Positions 49,718 to 59,252 of a DNA stretch of 64,000 nucleotides are shown here, piece by piece. The DNA lies in contig JANOQI010000062.1 of assembly GCA_031414775.1 (NCBI GenBank), forward strand, positions 128,001-192,000. Reading direction: 5' to 3'. The notes under the pieces are model-generated. The model was not told the origin of the DNA. It saw only the letters and a list, made by a program, of their open reading frames with translations, and searched no databases. Numbering within the stretch: position 1 is the first letter of the stretch; each line of letters starts with the position of its first letter. Position numbers and translations under genes: made by a program. This stretch comes from Synechococcales cyanobacterium VAR_4_metabat_354 (lineage in GTDB: Bacteria > Cyanobacteriota > Cyanobacteriia > Cyanobacteriales > Chamaesiphonaceae).

Positions 49718-50893
49718 ATGAAAAGAATTCTTTGCCTGAGTAATGGGCATGGTGAAGATCTGAGCGCCAGTCAGGTACTAAAAGCCCTGCGTACCGCCGC
49801 CCCCCATGTTGAAATAGCTGCTTTACCATTAGTGGGAGAAGGCAAAGCCTATCGCAGTCTAGATATCCCGATTATTGGCCCAACGCAGGGATTGCCTTCT
49901 GGAGGGTTCTTTTATATGGATTATCGACAACTGATAACAGATTTCAAATCGGGCTTAGTGGGACTGACGATCGAACAAATTAAAACTGTTCTCACCCAGC
50001 GTCAGCAATGCGATCTGATATTTGCGGTGGGGGATATTGTCCCGCAGCTCTTTGCTTATATTACCGGTCTACCCTATGCCTATTTCATGGTTGCTAGTTC
50101 GGCACACTACGAAGATCGGATTGACATCAATCCGTTAATGAAATCTGCTCGCTGTCTCGAAATATTTACCCGCGATGCTTATAGTAGCGAATATTTCAGG
50201 AAGCACAAAATAACTAAGGCGGCTTTTTTGGGCAATCCTTTTATGGATGTTTTACAGCCAACTGGTCAAGAGTTATTTTTGCAATCTGGCGTGCCGATGA
50301 TTGCTTTACTGCCCGGTAGTCGGCTACCGGAAGCTGCCCAGAATTTTGGTTTGTTGCTAAATCTTTGCGTGGAAACGGCCAGAGTATTTGAACCCCACCC
50401 AATTCAATTTCGAGCGGCCTTGGTACCCAGTATGATGCCGATGTTGCCAGCAATAGCGGCTACATATGGCTGGCAAGACTTAGGTCAAGGCAAACTACAA
50501 CACTTGGAGACAGGCACAATAGTGATGTGCTTCGATCGATCGTTTGCTGATATTCTACAAGTCTGCGATTTGGTGGTGGGCATGGCCGGGACGGCAGTCG
50601 AACAAGCCGTCGGCTTAGGGAAACCGATCATTCAAGTTGTTGGCCAGGGTCCCCAGTTTACCTATCGGTTTGCGGAAGCGCAAATGCGCTTGCTGGGCGA
50701 GTCGGTGAAAACAGTCGGCACAACTCCGGCCACACCAGCAATTTTGCAAGAAGCCGCTCAAAAAATCAAAAATACCTTAGCTAACACGGCTTATCTGGAA
50801 CAATGCCAGCAGCAGGGACCAGAACGGATAGGGGCGGCAGGAGGTTCATTAGTGATTGCGCACAGATTGATAACGATTTTAGAGACCATTTGA
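49718..50893 (+). CDS. lipid-A-disaccharide synthase-related protein
   Basis: LSNGHGED, PLVGEG, GNPFMD, LLPGSR.PEA, MAGTAVEQ, GPQFT. Confidence 0.85.
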   Translation: MKRILCLSNGHGEDLSASQVLKALRTAAPHVEIAALPLVGEGKAYRSLDIPIIGPTQGLPSGGFFYMDYRQLITDFKSGLVGLTIEQIKTVLTQRQQCDLIFAVGDIVPQLFAYITGLPYAYFMVASSAHYEDRIDINPLMKSARCLEIFTRDAYSSEYFRKHKITKAAFLGNPFMDVLQPTGQELFLQSGVPMIALLPGSRLPEAAQNFGLLLNLCVETARVFEPHPIQFRAALVPSMMPMLPAIAATYGWQDLGQGKLQHLETGTIVMCFDRSFADILQVCDLVVGMAGTAVEQAVGLGKPIIQVVGQGPQFTYRFAEAQMRLLGESVKTVGTTPATPAILQEAAQKIKNTLANTAYLEQCQQQGPERIGAAGGSLVIAHRLITILETI

Positions 50894-50921
50894 ACCAATA
50901 TAGTGATCGAGAAAAATAACC

Positions 50922-52220
50922 ATGATGCAGTGGCCACAGCTTCTTACCCCCCAGCGTCTCGGAAAATCTCAACCCGAAGATCTCAGCTTGGCTCGTACCC
51001 CTTTCCAGCGAGACTTCGATCGATTGATTTTTTCAGCAGCTTTCCGGCGACTTAAAGACAAAACTCAAGTCTTTTCCCTCAGTCAAAATGACTATGTGCG
51101 CACGCGCCTCATCCATAGCCTAGAAGTCGCTAGCGTCGGTCGTTCTCTGGGGCGGATTGTGGGTGAACAGATTGTGGCTGAGCATCAGTTGGCAATTACC
51201 GCCGCCGATATTGGTGACATTGTGGCCGCCGCCTGCATTGCCCACGATATTGGCAACCCGCCCTTTGGCCATTCTGGCGAAGATGCCATTCGATCGGGCT
51301 TTGATTTTTGGCAACAGCAGCACCCTAATTTAGATCTGACTACCGCCCAACGCCTAGACCTAGAAAAATTTGAAGGCAATGCACAGGGCTTACGAGTCAT
51401 CTGTCGGCTGGAAATTCCCCATCGACGCGGTAGTTTGCAGCTTACTTGTCCGACTATTGCGGCTTTCACTAAATATCCTCGCGCCTCTGATGTGCCCGCT
51501 GGTACAGGACGCAGCACCCAAAAATATGGTTTTTTCCAGGCTGACCAACAGCTATTTGCCGAGGTAGCCACCGCCGTGGGGTTGATGCCGGGCACTGCTG
51601 GCCTTAGCTGGTGCCGTCATCCGCTGACTTTTTTGGTCGAAGCGGCTGACGATATTTGCTATTCCATTGTGGATATTGAAGATGGCTATCAGATGGGTTT
51701 TTTGACCTTTGCTGAAGTCGTGGCACTGTTGAATCCGATCGCACAGTTAGATCTCACCAAATCTGATGGTGCCGAGCCAGAGTTAGTGACACATCTACGA
51801 GCTAAATCGATCGATATACTAGTCCGCGAAGCTGCCCACAACTTTTTAGCCCAGGAACAGAATATTTTAAGGGCTGAATTTGATCAAGAATTGCTGTCTT
51901 TAAGTAGTTATCATGAGGCACTGCAAGCTATTCATGGCAAAGCCCGCAGTGCTATTTTTCAGCAACCCCAAGTGGTCGGAGTCCAAATTGCTGGCTATGA
52001 GGTGCTAGCTAAACTATTTACCGAATTTGCCAATGCCTTAATTCAGCCCCACAACACCAAAAGTAATTTGGTGTTGCAAATGATGCCAGCTACGCATCGT
52101 CCTCAACCAGGCGAGAATACTTACCAACAACTTTTACATGTGACAGATTTTATCTCTGAGATGACCGATTCTTATGCTACTAGGCTATTTCAACAATTCT
52201 CTGGTATTTCATTGCTTTAA
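50922..52220 (+). CDS. dgt: dNTP triphosphohydrolase (dGTPase, HD superfamily)
   Basis: AFRRLKDKTQV, RTRLIHSLEV, AHDIGNPPFGHSGE, FEGNAQ, EAADDICY, MTD. Confidence 0.95.
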   Translation: MMQWPQLLTPQRLGKSQPEDLSLARTPFQRDFDRLIFSAAFRRLKDKTQVFSLSQNDYVRTRLIHSLEVASVGRSLGRIVGEQIVAEHQLAITAADIGDIVAAACIAHDIGNPPFGHSGEDAIRSGFDFWQQQHPNLDLTTAQRLDLEKFEGNAQGLRVICRLEIPHRRGSLQLTCPTIAAFTKYPRASDVPAGTGRSTQKYGFFQADQQLFAEVATAVGLMPGTAGLSWCRHPLTFLVEAADDICYSIVDIEDGYQMGFLTFAEVVALLNPIAQLDLTKSDGAEPELVTHLRAKSIDILVREAAHNFLAQEQNILRAEFDQELLSLSSYHEALQAIHGKARSAIFQQPQVVGVQIAGYEVLAKLFTEFANALIQPHNTKSNLVLQMMPATHRPQPGENTYQQLLHVTDFISEMTDSYATRLFQQFSGISLL

Positions 52221-52221
52221 T

Positions 52222-53184
52222 TTAGCCGCCAGAAGTAACCGACTGGCTGGCCTGTAATACTTGCTGGAGGTTATTCAAGGCGTATTGCACACCGGGGGCT
52301 GGATCGATCGCAATCCAACCGTCTGGAGTAGAGACCAGCATTTCAAAATGAAGGTGAGGACCAGTCGAGCGGCCAGTCGTACCTACGGCTCCAATCAATG
52401 TTCCTGCTTGTAATTCTTGACCCGGTTGCACTGTGATATTCGACAGATGCGCATAGCGAGTCTGGAGTCTGCCATCATGCTCAATTACGATAGTCTTACC
52501 ATATCCTCCCAGCCAGCCAGCCGAGACTACTCGACCGCCGGTGGCTGCTACCACCGGAGCACCTTCAGGCGCTGCAAAATCCATCCCGGCATGTAAGCGC
52601 TTTTTACCAGAGATTGGATGGACACGCCAACCAAACGGTGATCCGACTGGCGTTGGAGTACTCAGAGGATAAACAAAATCATCATTTCTAGTGGGTGCCA
52701 CAATTGGCTGTGCCGAATTCCTAGGATTAACTACTGGCTGTTGCAGAGATTTTGCCAGTAAATCGGTGTCAATGGGCTGCACGACTGGGATAGCTGCGAC
52801 TTCTTTCGCTGGAAGCGGCAATGGCTCTACCTTTAATGCAATCGTTGGAGAAGCAGGTCGATTGTCAGTAAGTGTTGCTGATTTCTCGGCTGTTCGCAAT
52901 GTGGGTTGATTCGGTTCAGTAGACAATGCTTCTGGAGTTGTCAGTGGCTTGTTTAGTACAGCTGGACTAGAAAAGGCCATTGAAGCAATACTGGAGGCTC
53001 CGATCGCCATTGCTAAACTCATAACTGAGTTTTTAGGGTGACCATGACGAGGGGAGTGCTTTAATAGTTCTGGAATCTGTCTTCCTTTAGCATCTACAGC
53101 TGTCGTTTCGAGCTGACTTTTCAGACCCATGTCATGAATAACAGGAGAAGGAATCTGAGTGCTTGGGGTAATTGCAGTTTTCAA
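52222..53184 (-). CDS. M23-family metallopeptidase (start uncertain)
   Basis: FGWRVHP, HAGMD, YAHL, GRSTGPHLHFE. Confidence 0.92.
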   Translation of the reverse strand: MKTAITPSTQIPSPVIHDMGLKSQLETTAVDAKGRQIPELLKHSPRHGHPKNSVMSLAMAIGASSIASMAFSSPAVLNKPLTTPEALSTEPNQPTLRTAEKSATLTDNRPASPTIALKVEPLPLPAKEVAAIPVVQPIDTDLLAKSLQQPVVNPRNSAQPIVAPTRNDDFVYPLSTPTPVGSPFGWRVHPISGKKRLHAGMDFAAPEGAPVVAATGGRVVSAGWLGGYGKTIVIEHDGRLQTRYAHLSNITVQPGQELQAGTLIGAVGTTGRSTGPHLHFEMLVSTPDGWIAIDPAPGVQYALNNLQQVLQASQSVTSGG

Positions 53185-53600
53185 AAATAAACTCCCGAAT
53201 AGTTGATCACATCAAAGTTTGGAATGATATCCAAACTAGTTGGAAACTGAACGCTTCTTGCGTAATTATGACTAAGACTTTATGTCAGTATGTAAATTTT
53301 GGCAAGTCTTATGGCAATAATTGGCTAATTTAATGGAGCTGTTATGTGCTCAAAAGCTCTGCCAGACTAGATTTTAAAGATCTAACAATTTTTTAATAAA
53401 GTTTCTGGAGAAATTTTGTTAAAAAGTGTCATCATAATGTGCTTAAAGTCAACATTAATAATAAATATAGGTAGGATTGTGAAGTTAATCTCCTAATCAA
53501 TCCAATTTTTATAATTATGGCGCTTAATTAAATGGAATAAATAGTAAAGCAGATTTTTTATATTGTTACTTTGATAATTAGTACTTTTGCAAAATTAATA

Positions 53601-55310
53601 TCACTCCAATTTATCCGTTTCATAGTGGCGTGGTGTATATACCCAGGTTTTTTGATGAGGTTGTTGGATTAAGCGGGTTTTACTCGACCCGATCAAAATC
53701 ATCGTGCGCATATCGGCATCTTCACTCACCAAATCACCTAGAGTCTTGACGATCGAAGACTGCCCTGATCTGCCAACATTGCGAGCTAAAACAATTGGCG
53801 TATCTGGCTTACGCCATTTCAATAGTATTTCTTTAGCTTTAGTTAACTGCCAAGTCCGGTGACTAGAAATGGGATTGTAAAAAGCAATGACAAAATCACC
53901 CTGCGCTGCTGCGGTTAAACGTTGTTCGATCGCACTCCAGGGCTTCAAAATATCAGATAACGAAATTGCACAGAAATCGTGGCCTAAAGGCGCTCCCACC
54001 AAGGATGCAGCGGCTTGCATCGCCGAAATTCCTGGACAAATTTGAATTTCCACCCGCTGCCATAAGGGGTTTCGATCGCGATCGATCGCCTCTAATACCG
54101 CTGCCGCCATCGCATAAATCCCGGGATCGCCAGAAGACACTACGGCCACCGAACGACCTTCTGCCGCTAAATTCAAAGCCAACCGCGATCGATCTAACTC
54201 CACTCGATTATCAGAATCATGTCGCTGCTGTTTCTGTCGTAGTGGTTCCACCAAATTGAGATATGTCGAATAGCCTACCCAATCGGTGGCCTCTTGTAGC
54301 GCAGCCTTTACTTGAGGCGACATCCACTCCGCGCTGCCTGGACCAGTCCCAATGATCGATATTTTTCCTAAGCCCTGACCGATGGTGTTGATATCGATCG
54401 GTTGCGGGGCGATCGAGATGGCAATCTCATAACCCTGATGATTTTCTTGGACTAGGGAAGATGCGATTATCTGACTTAGTTCTCCGGCTGACTGCTGACT
54501 CGTGATGAATCTGAGCGGTACTTGGTATGATTGGGCGATCGATCGAATACCTTCGTCACCTACACAATCTTCATTAGTGATAATTCCCGCAATGCTGAGG
54601 GTCGATAACTGTTGATTAATTAATATCTCGGCTAATGCTGTAGTTAGAGACTCAGTGTTTTCTCCAGTTCGACAAATTGTGATAACTATAGTGCCTGGAT
54701 GATAAACTAAGCAGTCATGATCTGGCTGTATCGATTTATTGGTAACTTGAATTGATAACTTGCCCTGGGGATTTGTTGGCAGTTGCGCGGAATTCAACCA
54801 AGGAGCACTGCTTATCAAACGCAGTTTTTCACCAGCGATCAAATCTGAGATAAATTGTTTGCCATGTTGAGGATTAGCCAATTTGTAGCCAGCTGGTGGA
54901 GCCAGCAAAGTTGTTTGGAACCGAATATCGCCAGTAGTGGTAATGGCTGGAGATACTGCTAAAACAGCGGCAATCTGCCGTGCTAAGTCGTTCGCTCCAT
55001 GCAACCCACCCAGTAAAGGGACAACAGCACTACCATCGCTGGCCACAGCAATTACCGCTGGTTCATGGAGTTTATCTTGTAGGAGTGGGGCGATCGATCG
55101 AATCAAAATTCCAGCAGCACAAAGTCCCACAATTGCGACATCCTGGCTAAATAACTCCTGGACTGTCGTTTTGAAATGCTCGAAGCTGACATCTACGCCA
55201 GTGGTACGTTTGGCCGAACCATAGAGCACGGACTCTGGCAGCACGGTCATTAATTGCCGTGCTGTCGCTACACTATCTTGACTGAGCACTACTACTGCAA
55301 TTTTAGCCAT
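53601..55310 (-). CDS. cobJ: CbiG-like + precorrin-3B C17-methyltransferase fusion
   Basis: N-terminal CbiG motifs (GILIR.IAPLL.DK..EPAV, LLGGLHGAN); C-terminal GTGPG, VSSGDPGIY, GHDFCAISLSD, YNP, DMRT, YTPR. Confidence 0.92.
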   Translation of the reverse strand: MAKIAVVVLSQDSVATARQLMTVLPESVLYGSAKRTTGVDVSFEHFKTTVQELFSQDVAIVGLCAAGILIRSIAPLLQDKLHEPAVIAVASDGSAVVPLLGGLHGANDLARQIAAVLAVSPAITTTGDIRFQTTLLAPPAGYKLANPQHGKQFISDLIAGEKLRLISSAPWLNSAQLPTNPQGKLSIQVTNKSIQPDHDCLVYHPGTIVITICRTGENTESLTTALAEILINQQLSTLSIAGIITNEDCVGDEGIRSIAQSYQVPLRFITSQQSAGELSQIIASSLVQENHQGYEIAISIAPQPIDINTIGQGLGKISIIGTGPGSAEWMSPQVKAALQEATDWVGYSTYLNLVEPLRQKQQRHDSDNRVELDRSRLALNLAAEGRSVAVVSSGDPGIYAMAAAVLEAIDRDRNPLWQRVEIQICPGISAMQAAASLVGAPLGHDFCAISLSDILKPWSAIEQRLTAAAQGDFVIAFYNPISSHRTWQLTKAKEILLKWRKPDTPIVLARNVGRSGQSSIVKTLGDLVSEDADMRTMILIGSSKTRLIQQPHQKTWVYTPRHYETDKLE

Positions 55311-56010
55311 TCATCCACTGCCATTCACTTGGAATCACGATCATCGCAAAATAAGGTACCTGCGTTGGATCAACTTCTGCGATCGGTACAATCCTTTGTT
55401 TTTCAGTAGTCGATCGTTCGATGTATTTTGCTCGTTCCCACAAACCAACTTCTTTTAATACATCACAAACCTTGGCGAAATTACGCCCCAGTTTCATAAT
55501 GACAGCGGCATCAGCAACTTTCAACCTGTCAGCAATTATCTCTGCTGGCAAAGTCCCAGTCAGTACAATGAATACATCGTTACGATAAGTCAAAGGCGTA
55601 CCGAGCATCCCGGCACTAGCCATTACCGAAGATACCCCTGGTACTACTTCGGTGGGGAATCGGTGAGACAGCCGATTGAAGGTATACATAAAAGTGCCAA
55701 AGAAAAAGGGATCGCCTTCACAGAGCACTGCTACATCCCGACCAGCCTCTAGATGCTGTGCTAATTCTTCGGCCATCTTGTCGTAATATGGCTGGGAGGA
55801 AATTTCTAGTTTAAAAGGCAGCACCATCGGAATTTCGATCTGCTCTGGCTTCAGATAATCTGCCACGACTGCCCGCGAGATACAGCGACCATCAGGAGAT
55901 GCCGGATAAGCCACTACCGGCACTGATTGTAAAATGCGGTATGCCTTCAACGTTAACAACTCCGGGTCGCCCGGACCCAATCCCAAACCGTATAGTTTAC
56001 CAACAGTCAT
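55303..56010 (-). CDS. cobI: precorrin-2 C20-methyltransferase
   Basis: GLGPGDPELLTLKA, CEGDPFFFGT, VVPGVSS, MKLGRN, VPYF. Confidence 0.95.
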   Translation of the reverse strand: MTVGKLYGLGLGPGDPELLTLKAYRILQSVPVVAYPASPDGRCISRAVVADYLKPEQIEIPMVLPFKLEISSQPYYDKMAEELAQHLEAGRDVAVLCEGDPFFFGTFMYTFNRLSHRFPTEVVPGVSSVMASAGMLGTPLTYRNDVFIVLTGTLPAEIIADRLKVADAAVIMKLGRNFAKVCDVLKEVGLWERAKYIERSTTEKQRIVPIAEVDPTQVPYFAMIVIPSEWQWMNG

Positions 56011-56012
56011 AG

Positions 56013-56639
56013 TTATTCAGCCTCCTGAGCTAAAGCATTGATAGCGGCAGCAGTCATGGCACTACCACCCCGCCGCCCGTGAATCGTAATAAAAGGAATA
56101 CCGCGACTATTAGCTGCTAATTCAGCCTTGGATTCCGCTGCCCCCACAAAACCCACTGGCATTCCCACAATCAAAGCAGGCTGGCTAGCTCCAGCATCTA
56201 GTAGCTCTAGTAACCTAAAGAGGGCAGTAGGGGCATTGCCGATCGCCACTATAGATCCAGTCAAGTCTGGCAACCATAGTTCTAAAGCTGCTGCCGATCG
56301 GGTGTTGCCAATCCGTTGCGCTATTCCTGACACCTCGGTATGTTTAAGGGTACAAATAACCTTATTGTTGGCTGGTAAGCGGCTGCGGGTTATGCCATCA
56401 GCGACCATGTGAGCATCACAAAAAATGGCGGCACCGTTGCTTAGGGCTTTCCTGCCGATCGCTGCTGCTAGGGGCGAAGCCGCGATGTCACTAACAATAT
56501 CGGTGATGCCGCAGCCATGAATCATTCGCACCACGACTTTTTCCAAATCTGGTGGAATATTGCTTAAATCAGTCTCTGATCGAATGGTAGCAAATGATTT
56601 TTTGTAAATTTCTGCGCCGTCGCGAATGTAGTCCAGCAT
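56013..56639 (-). CDS. cobH: precorrin-8X methylmutase
   Basis: IY..SFATIR, RMIH, TRSAAA, IGNAPTAL, PVGFVGAAESK, GRRGGS. Confidence 0.96.
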   Translation of the reverse strand: MLDYIRDGAEIYKKSFATIRSETDLSNIPPDLEKVVVRMIHGCGITDIVSDIAASPLAAAIGRKALSNGAAIFCDAHMVADGITRSRLPANNKVICTLKHTEVSGIAQRIGNTRSAAALELWLPDLTGSIVAIGNAPTALFRLLELLDAGASQPALIVGMPVGFVGAAESKAELAANSRGIPFITIHGRRGGSAMTAAAINALAQEAE

Positions 56640-56644
56640 TAAGT

Positions 56645-58111
56645 TTAACTGTCAATTGGAATGGCAAAAAGTTGATGTAAATCAGAAAGGGAATGACGCT
56701 GTATGAAAGCAGCAAAAGATTCTTGGGTGGTGCGACGCTGTTGTTGGTAGATACTGATCATTTGCTCGATCATCGCAATTGCCTGCTCCACCGGCATCAT
56801 CGGCAATAACCGTTGACCAAAAGTTTGATTACCCGATCGCAGATAAATTTCATAGCTCTCGTTCTGTTCATCAGATATACCAAGTAGTGCAATATCGCTA
56901 CCAAGGGGGTGAGCGCAGCCTTTACCACAACCGCTGACATGGATTTGCAGGGGCTGATCTAATCGATCGATCAGCTTCTGAATCAAAATCTGAGCATGAG
57001 TATGACTGTCAGTTTCAGCAGCTTGGCAACCAGGTTTACCACGACAAGCGGCGATCGATCCGGCAGGATGATGAGCATTAGTTTGTAGACCCAATTCTTC
57101 TAGTGCCTGTATTAAATTGGGTAGTTCAGTATCTAAAACATTCGGTAAGATAACATTCTGCCAAGGCGTTAACCGCAAGCTACCGTCCCCATATTGGTCT
57201 GCTAAATGACCTAGACTGTGTAGCTGATCGATCGAGATTTGACCCAAAGGTAAAACTAATCCTAAATACGCATAACTAGTTTGCCGCTGGCGATGGATAC
57301 CTAAATGACTGCCAGGTTTACTGGCACTTGCTGGAATCAATTCATGACCATCATCGAAATCCGAGGCCAATAAGTTGCGCAACCAATCCAGACCCCAATG
57401 GGCTACTAATTGCCGCAGGCGGGGCTTTTTACTGCGGCGATATGGCTGGGATGTAATCGGTAAAGCTGCCGCATTTTCTAGATAAATATGATAAATTGCT
57501 GATACTAATTGCACAGCATCATCAAACGTACAGCCCAATTCAGTATCCAATTCCAGGCCATCGCCCATATTCAAAAACAATCGCATCCCTTGACGATGCG
57601 CCACCAATATCAAATCATTTGGGCGCTGCCGGATCGAGACTGCTTCACCGCCATCAATACCAATACTGCACTTGGCACTCAGACCAACTAATTCGGGATG
57701 GCTGGAAATATATCGATCGATCGCCCCAACAGTTGGTCTGGTATCAAACACGGCCTGCGCATCAATCCCCGCAGTAGGGCTAGCCATAATATTGCGCAAG
57801 TGATCGACGGCTGGGATGGGCGCGGCTAATTCAACAGCCTGTAATTGTTGAAAAATAGCGGGAGTCAGTGCTTGAGAGAGTTTTAACTGGAGATTGGCTC
57901 GGTTGGTGATCTGGATGCTGGCTAAACCGATATTAGCCGCCAAATCAACAATTATGCTCACCTGCTGACTACTCAGTAATCCGCCAGGTGTCCGAATCCT
58001 CGCCAAAATTCCATCTTGAGCCGCTGTTGGGTAAAACAAGCCAGGACAGGCTAGGGATTCTAAAGAAGTAGGTGAAGTAGCAATAAAGACCAAGTTTCTG
58101 TTCTTGTGCAA
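56645..58111 (-). CDS. cobG: precorrin-3B synthase (nitrite/sulfite reductase-like)
   Basis: CPGLF, DG.LARIR.PGG, TNRANLQ, RNIMASP, LRLTPWQ, AC.GKPGC, HVSGCGKGCA. Confidence 0.92.
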   Translation of the reverse strand: MHKNRNLVFIATSPTSLESLACPGLFYPTAAQDGILARIRTPGGLLSSQQVSIIVDLAANIGLASIQITNRANLQLKLSQALTPAIFQQLQAVELAAPIPAVDHLRNIMASPTAGIDAQAVFDTRPTVGAIDRYISSHPELVGLSAKCSIGIDGGEAVSIRQRPNDLILVAHRQGMRLFLNMGDGLELDTELGCTFDDAVQLVSAIYHIYLENAAALPITSQPYRRSKKPRLRQLVAHWGLDWLRNLLASDFDDGHELIPASASKPGSHLGIHRQRQTSYAYLGLVLPLGQISIDQLHSLGHLADQYGDGSLRLTPWQNVILPNVLDTELPNLIQALEELGLQTNAHHPAGSIAACRGKPGCQAAETDSHTHAQILIQKLIDRLDQPLQIHVSGCGKGCAHPLGSDIALLGISDEQNESYEIYLRSGNQTFGQRLLPMMPVEQAIAMIEQMISIYQQQRRTTQESFAAFIQRHSLSDLHQLFAIPIDS

Positions 58112-58134
58112 CGCAAGAGTCGATCGAACAACAA

Positions 58135-58245
58135 CGCTGCATCGGTATTCTGACTCGTCAGCCTGGTGGCTGCTTTACAGTTGCGGCACAGTCTCGGAAT
58201 CTCACCGAACTTCCCCAATTTTCAGCTTCAGCAGCTTACCACAGA
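58135..58245 (-). ncRNA. cobalamin riboswitch in the cobG leader
   Basis: Minus strand carries GGGGAAGTTCGGTGAGATTCCGAGACTGTGCCGCAACTGTAA...GAGTCAGAATACCG, i.e. the B12-element core and B12 box. Confidence 0.92.
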
Positions 58246-58291
58246 CGGTGGAGCAAGCAGATCAGATCATAATTATTCTTCAGAAACAGAC

Positions 58292-58320
58292 TTGACAAGT
58301 ATCTTATGTAGCTACATATT
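58292..58320 (+). promoter_or_regulatory. sigma70-type promoter with overlapping palindromic operator for the TA operon
   Basis: TTGACA-N17-CATATT; perfect 14-bp palindrome TATGTAGCTACATA at 58305-58318. Confidence 0.7.
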
Positions 58321-58352
58321 AGGAGTTACAATTAGGTTTGTGGGGGACGAGG

Positions 58353-58643
58353 TTGAAGTGGAAATGGGATGATGCCAAAAATCGAGAGAACAGTCGTAAG
58401 CATGGCTTGAGTTTTGAAGCTGCTCAATATATTTTTGCAGATCCGCTGGCTCTGAGCCGGATCGATCCATTTCCAGGTGAGGAGCGTTGGCAGACTATTG
58501 GCTTGGTTGGTCAGTTAACTGTGTTTGTGGTGCATACTTGGCCGGTGGTTGATCCGATAACGGGTGAAGAGATGGGGCGAATCATTAGTGCAAGGAAGGC
58601 AACAATTTATGAAAGGAGATCGTATGAAGAAGAGACGTTCTAA
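58353..58643 (+). CDS. brnT: BrnT-family toxin
   Basis: WKWDDAKNRENSRKHGLSFE, EERWQTIG, RIISARKAT..ER..YE. Start taken at TTG 58353. Confidence 0.92.
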   Translation: MKWKWDDAKNRENSRKHGLSFEAAQYIFADPLALSRIDPFPGEERWQTIGLVGQLTVFVVHTWPVVDPITGEEMGRIISARKATIYERRSYEEETF

Positions 58644-58908
58644 TTCTGTTCCGCCAGAGATTCAGGCTGAAATTGATGCTTTGGCTGCTTTGCCGGAAGA
58701 GCAAATTAATACTGATGACATTCCAGAGGTGCGGGGTTGGGATGATGCTAAACGAGGGGTGTTTTATCGCCCGATTAAGCAGCAAATTACGCTGCGTTTG
58801 GATGCTGACCTTGTGGATTGGTTTAAGAATCATCATCAGCAGGATGAGGGTTATCAGACTAGTATTAATCGCGCTTTGCGGGAGTATGTTTCACAACATC
58901 GGTCTTAA
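58624..58908 (+). CDS. brnA: BrnA-family antitoxin
   Basis: INTDDIPE, FYRPIKQQITLRLDADLVDWFK, GYQTSINRALREY. ATG overlaps brnT. Confidence 0.92.
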   Translation: MKKRRSNSVPPEIQAEIDALAALPEEQINTDDIPEVRGWDDAKRGVFYRPIKQQITLRLDADLVDWFKNHHQQDEGYQTSINRALREYVSQHRS

Positions 58909-58931
58909 AGCCTGTTGGCGGGAGTATTGAT

Positions 58932-59207
58932 ATTGGTCAACTTAGAACCATTGATGAGTTTACTGAACAGTATTTTCGTGATCATCCTGAAGAGATTGAT
59001 GATTATCTAGCGGAAATCTTTCAAGAATTTGTGGAGGATAATGATACTGGTGCTTTGCTGGCATCGTTGCGGGTTATTGCTCGTGTTCAGGGGATTAGTG
59101 ATATAGCTGAACAGATTGTTATGACTAGACAAGGGGTGTAGAAGGCTATGGGTTATTGTTTTATGCCGCAAAAGCTACCGCGATCGTCTTTGGTGCAAGT
59201 GAATTGA
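58932..59207 (+). pseudogene. decayed addiction-module antidote (HTH) gene
   Basis: Own translation ..LRTIDEFTEQYFRDHPEEIDDYLAEIFQEFVEDNDTGALLASLRVIARVQGISDIAEQIVMTRQGV*KAMGYCFMPQKL; in-frame TAG at 59139 and the usual LS..GNP segment is missing. Confidence 0.75.
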
Positions 59208-59252
59208 TTTTCCTACTCGGAGATGTTTTGCGAATGATTTGCTATCGAGATA

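Noticed and set aside
50922..52220. dGTPase as an anti-phage nucleotide-depletion system
   Set aside because: Sits in housekeeping context with host-like composition; nothing here distinguishes it from ordinary dgt, though a phylogeny would be needed to exclude it
53185..53600. Very AT-rich 415-nt gap between the M23 peptidase and cobJ
   Set aside because: No repeats, strong hairpins or ORFs found; consistent with an ordinary promoter region
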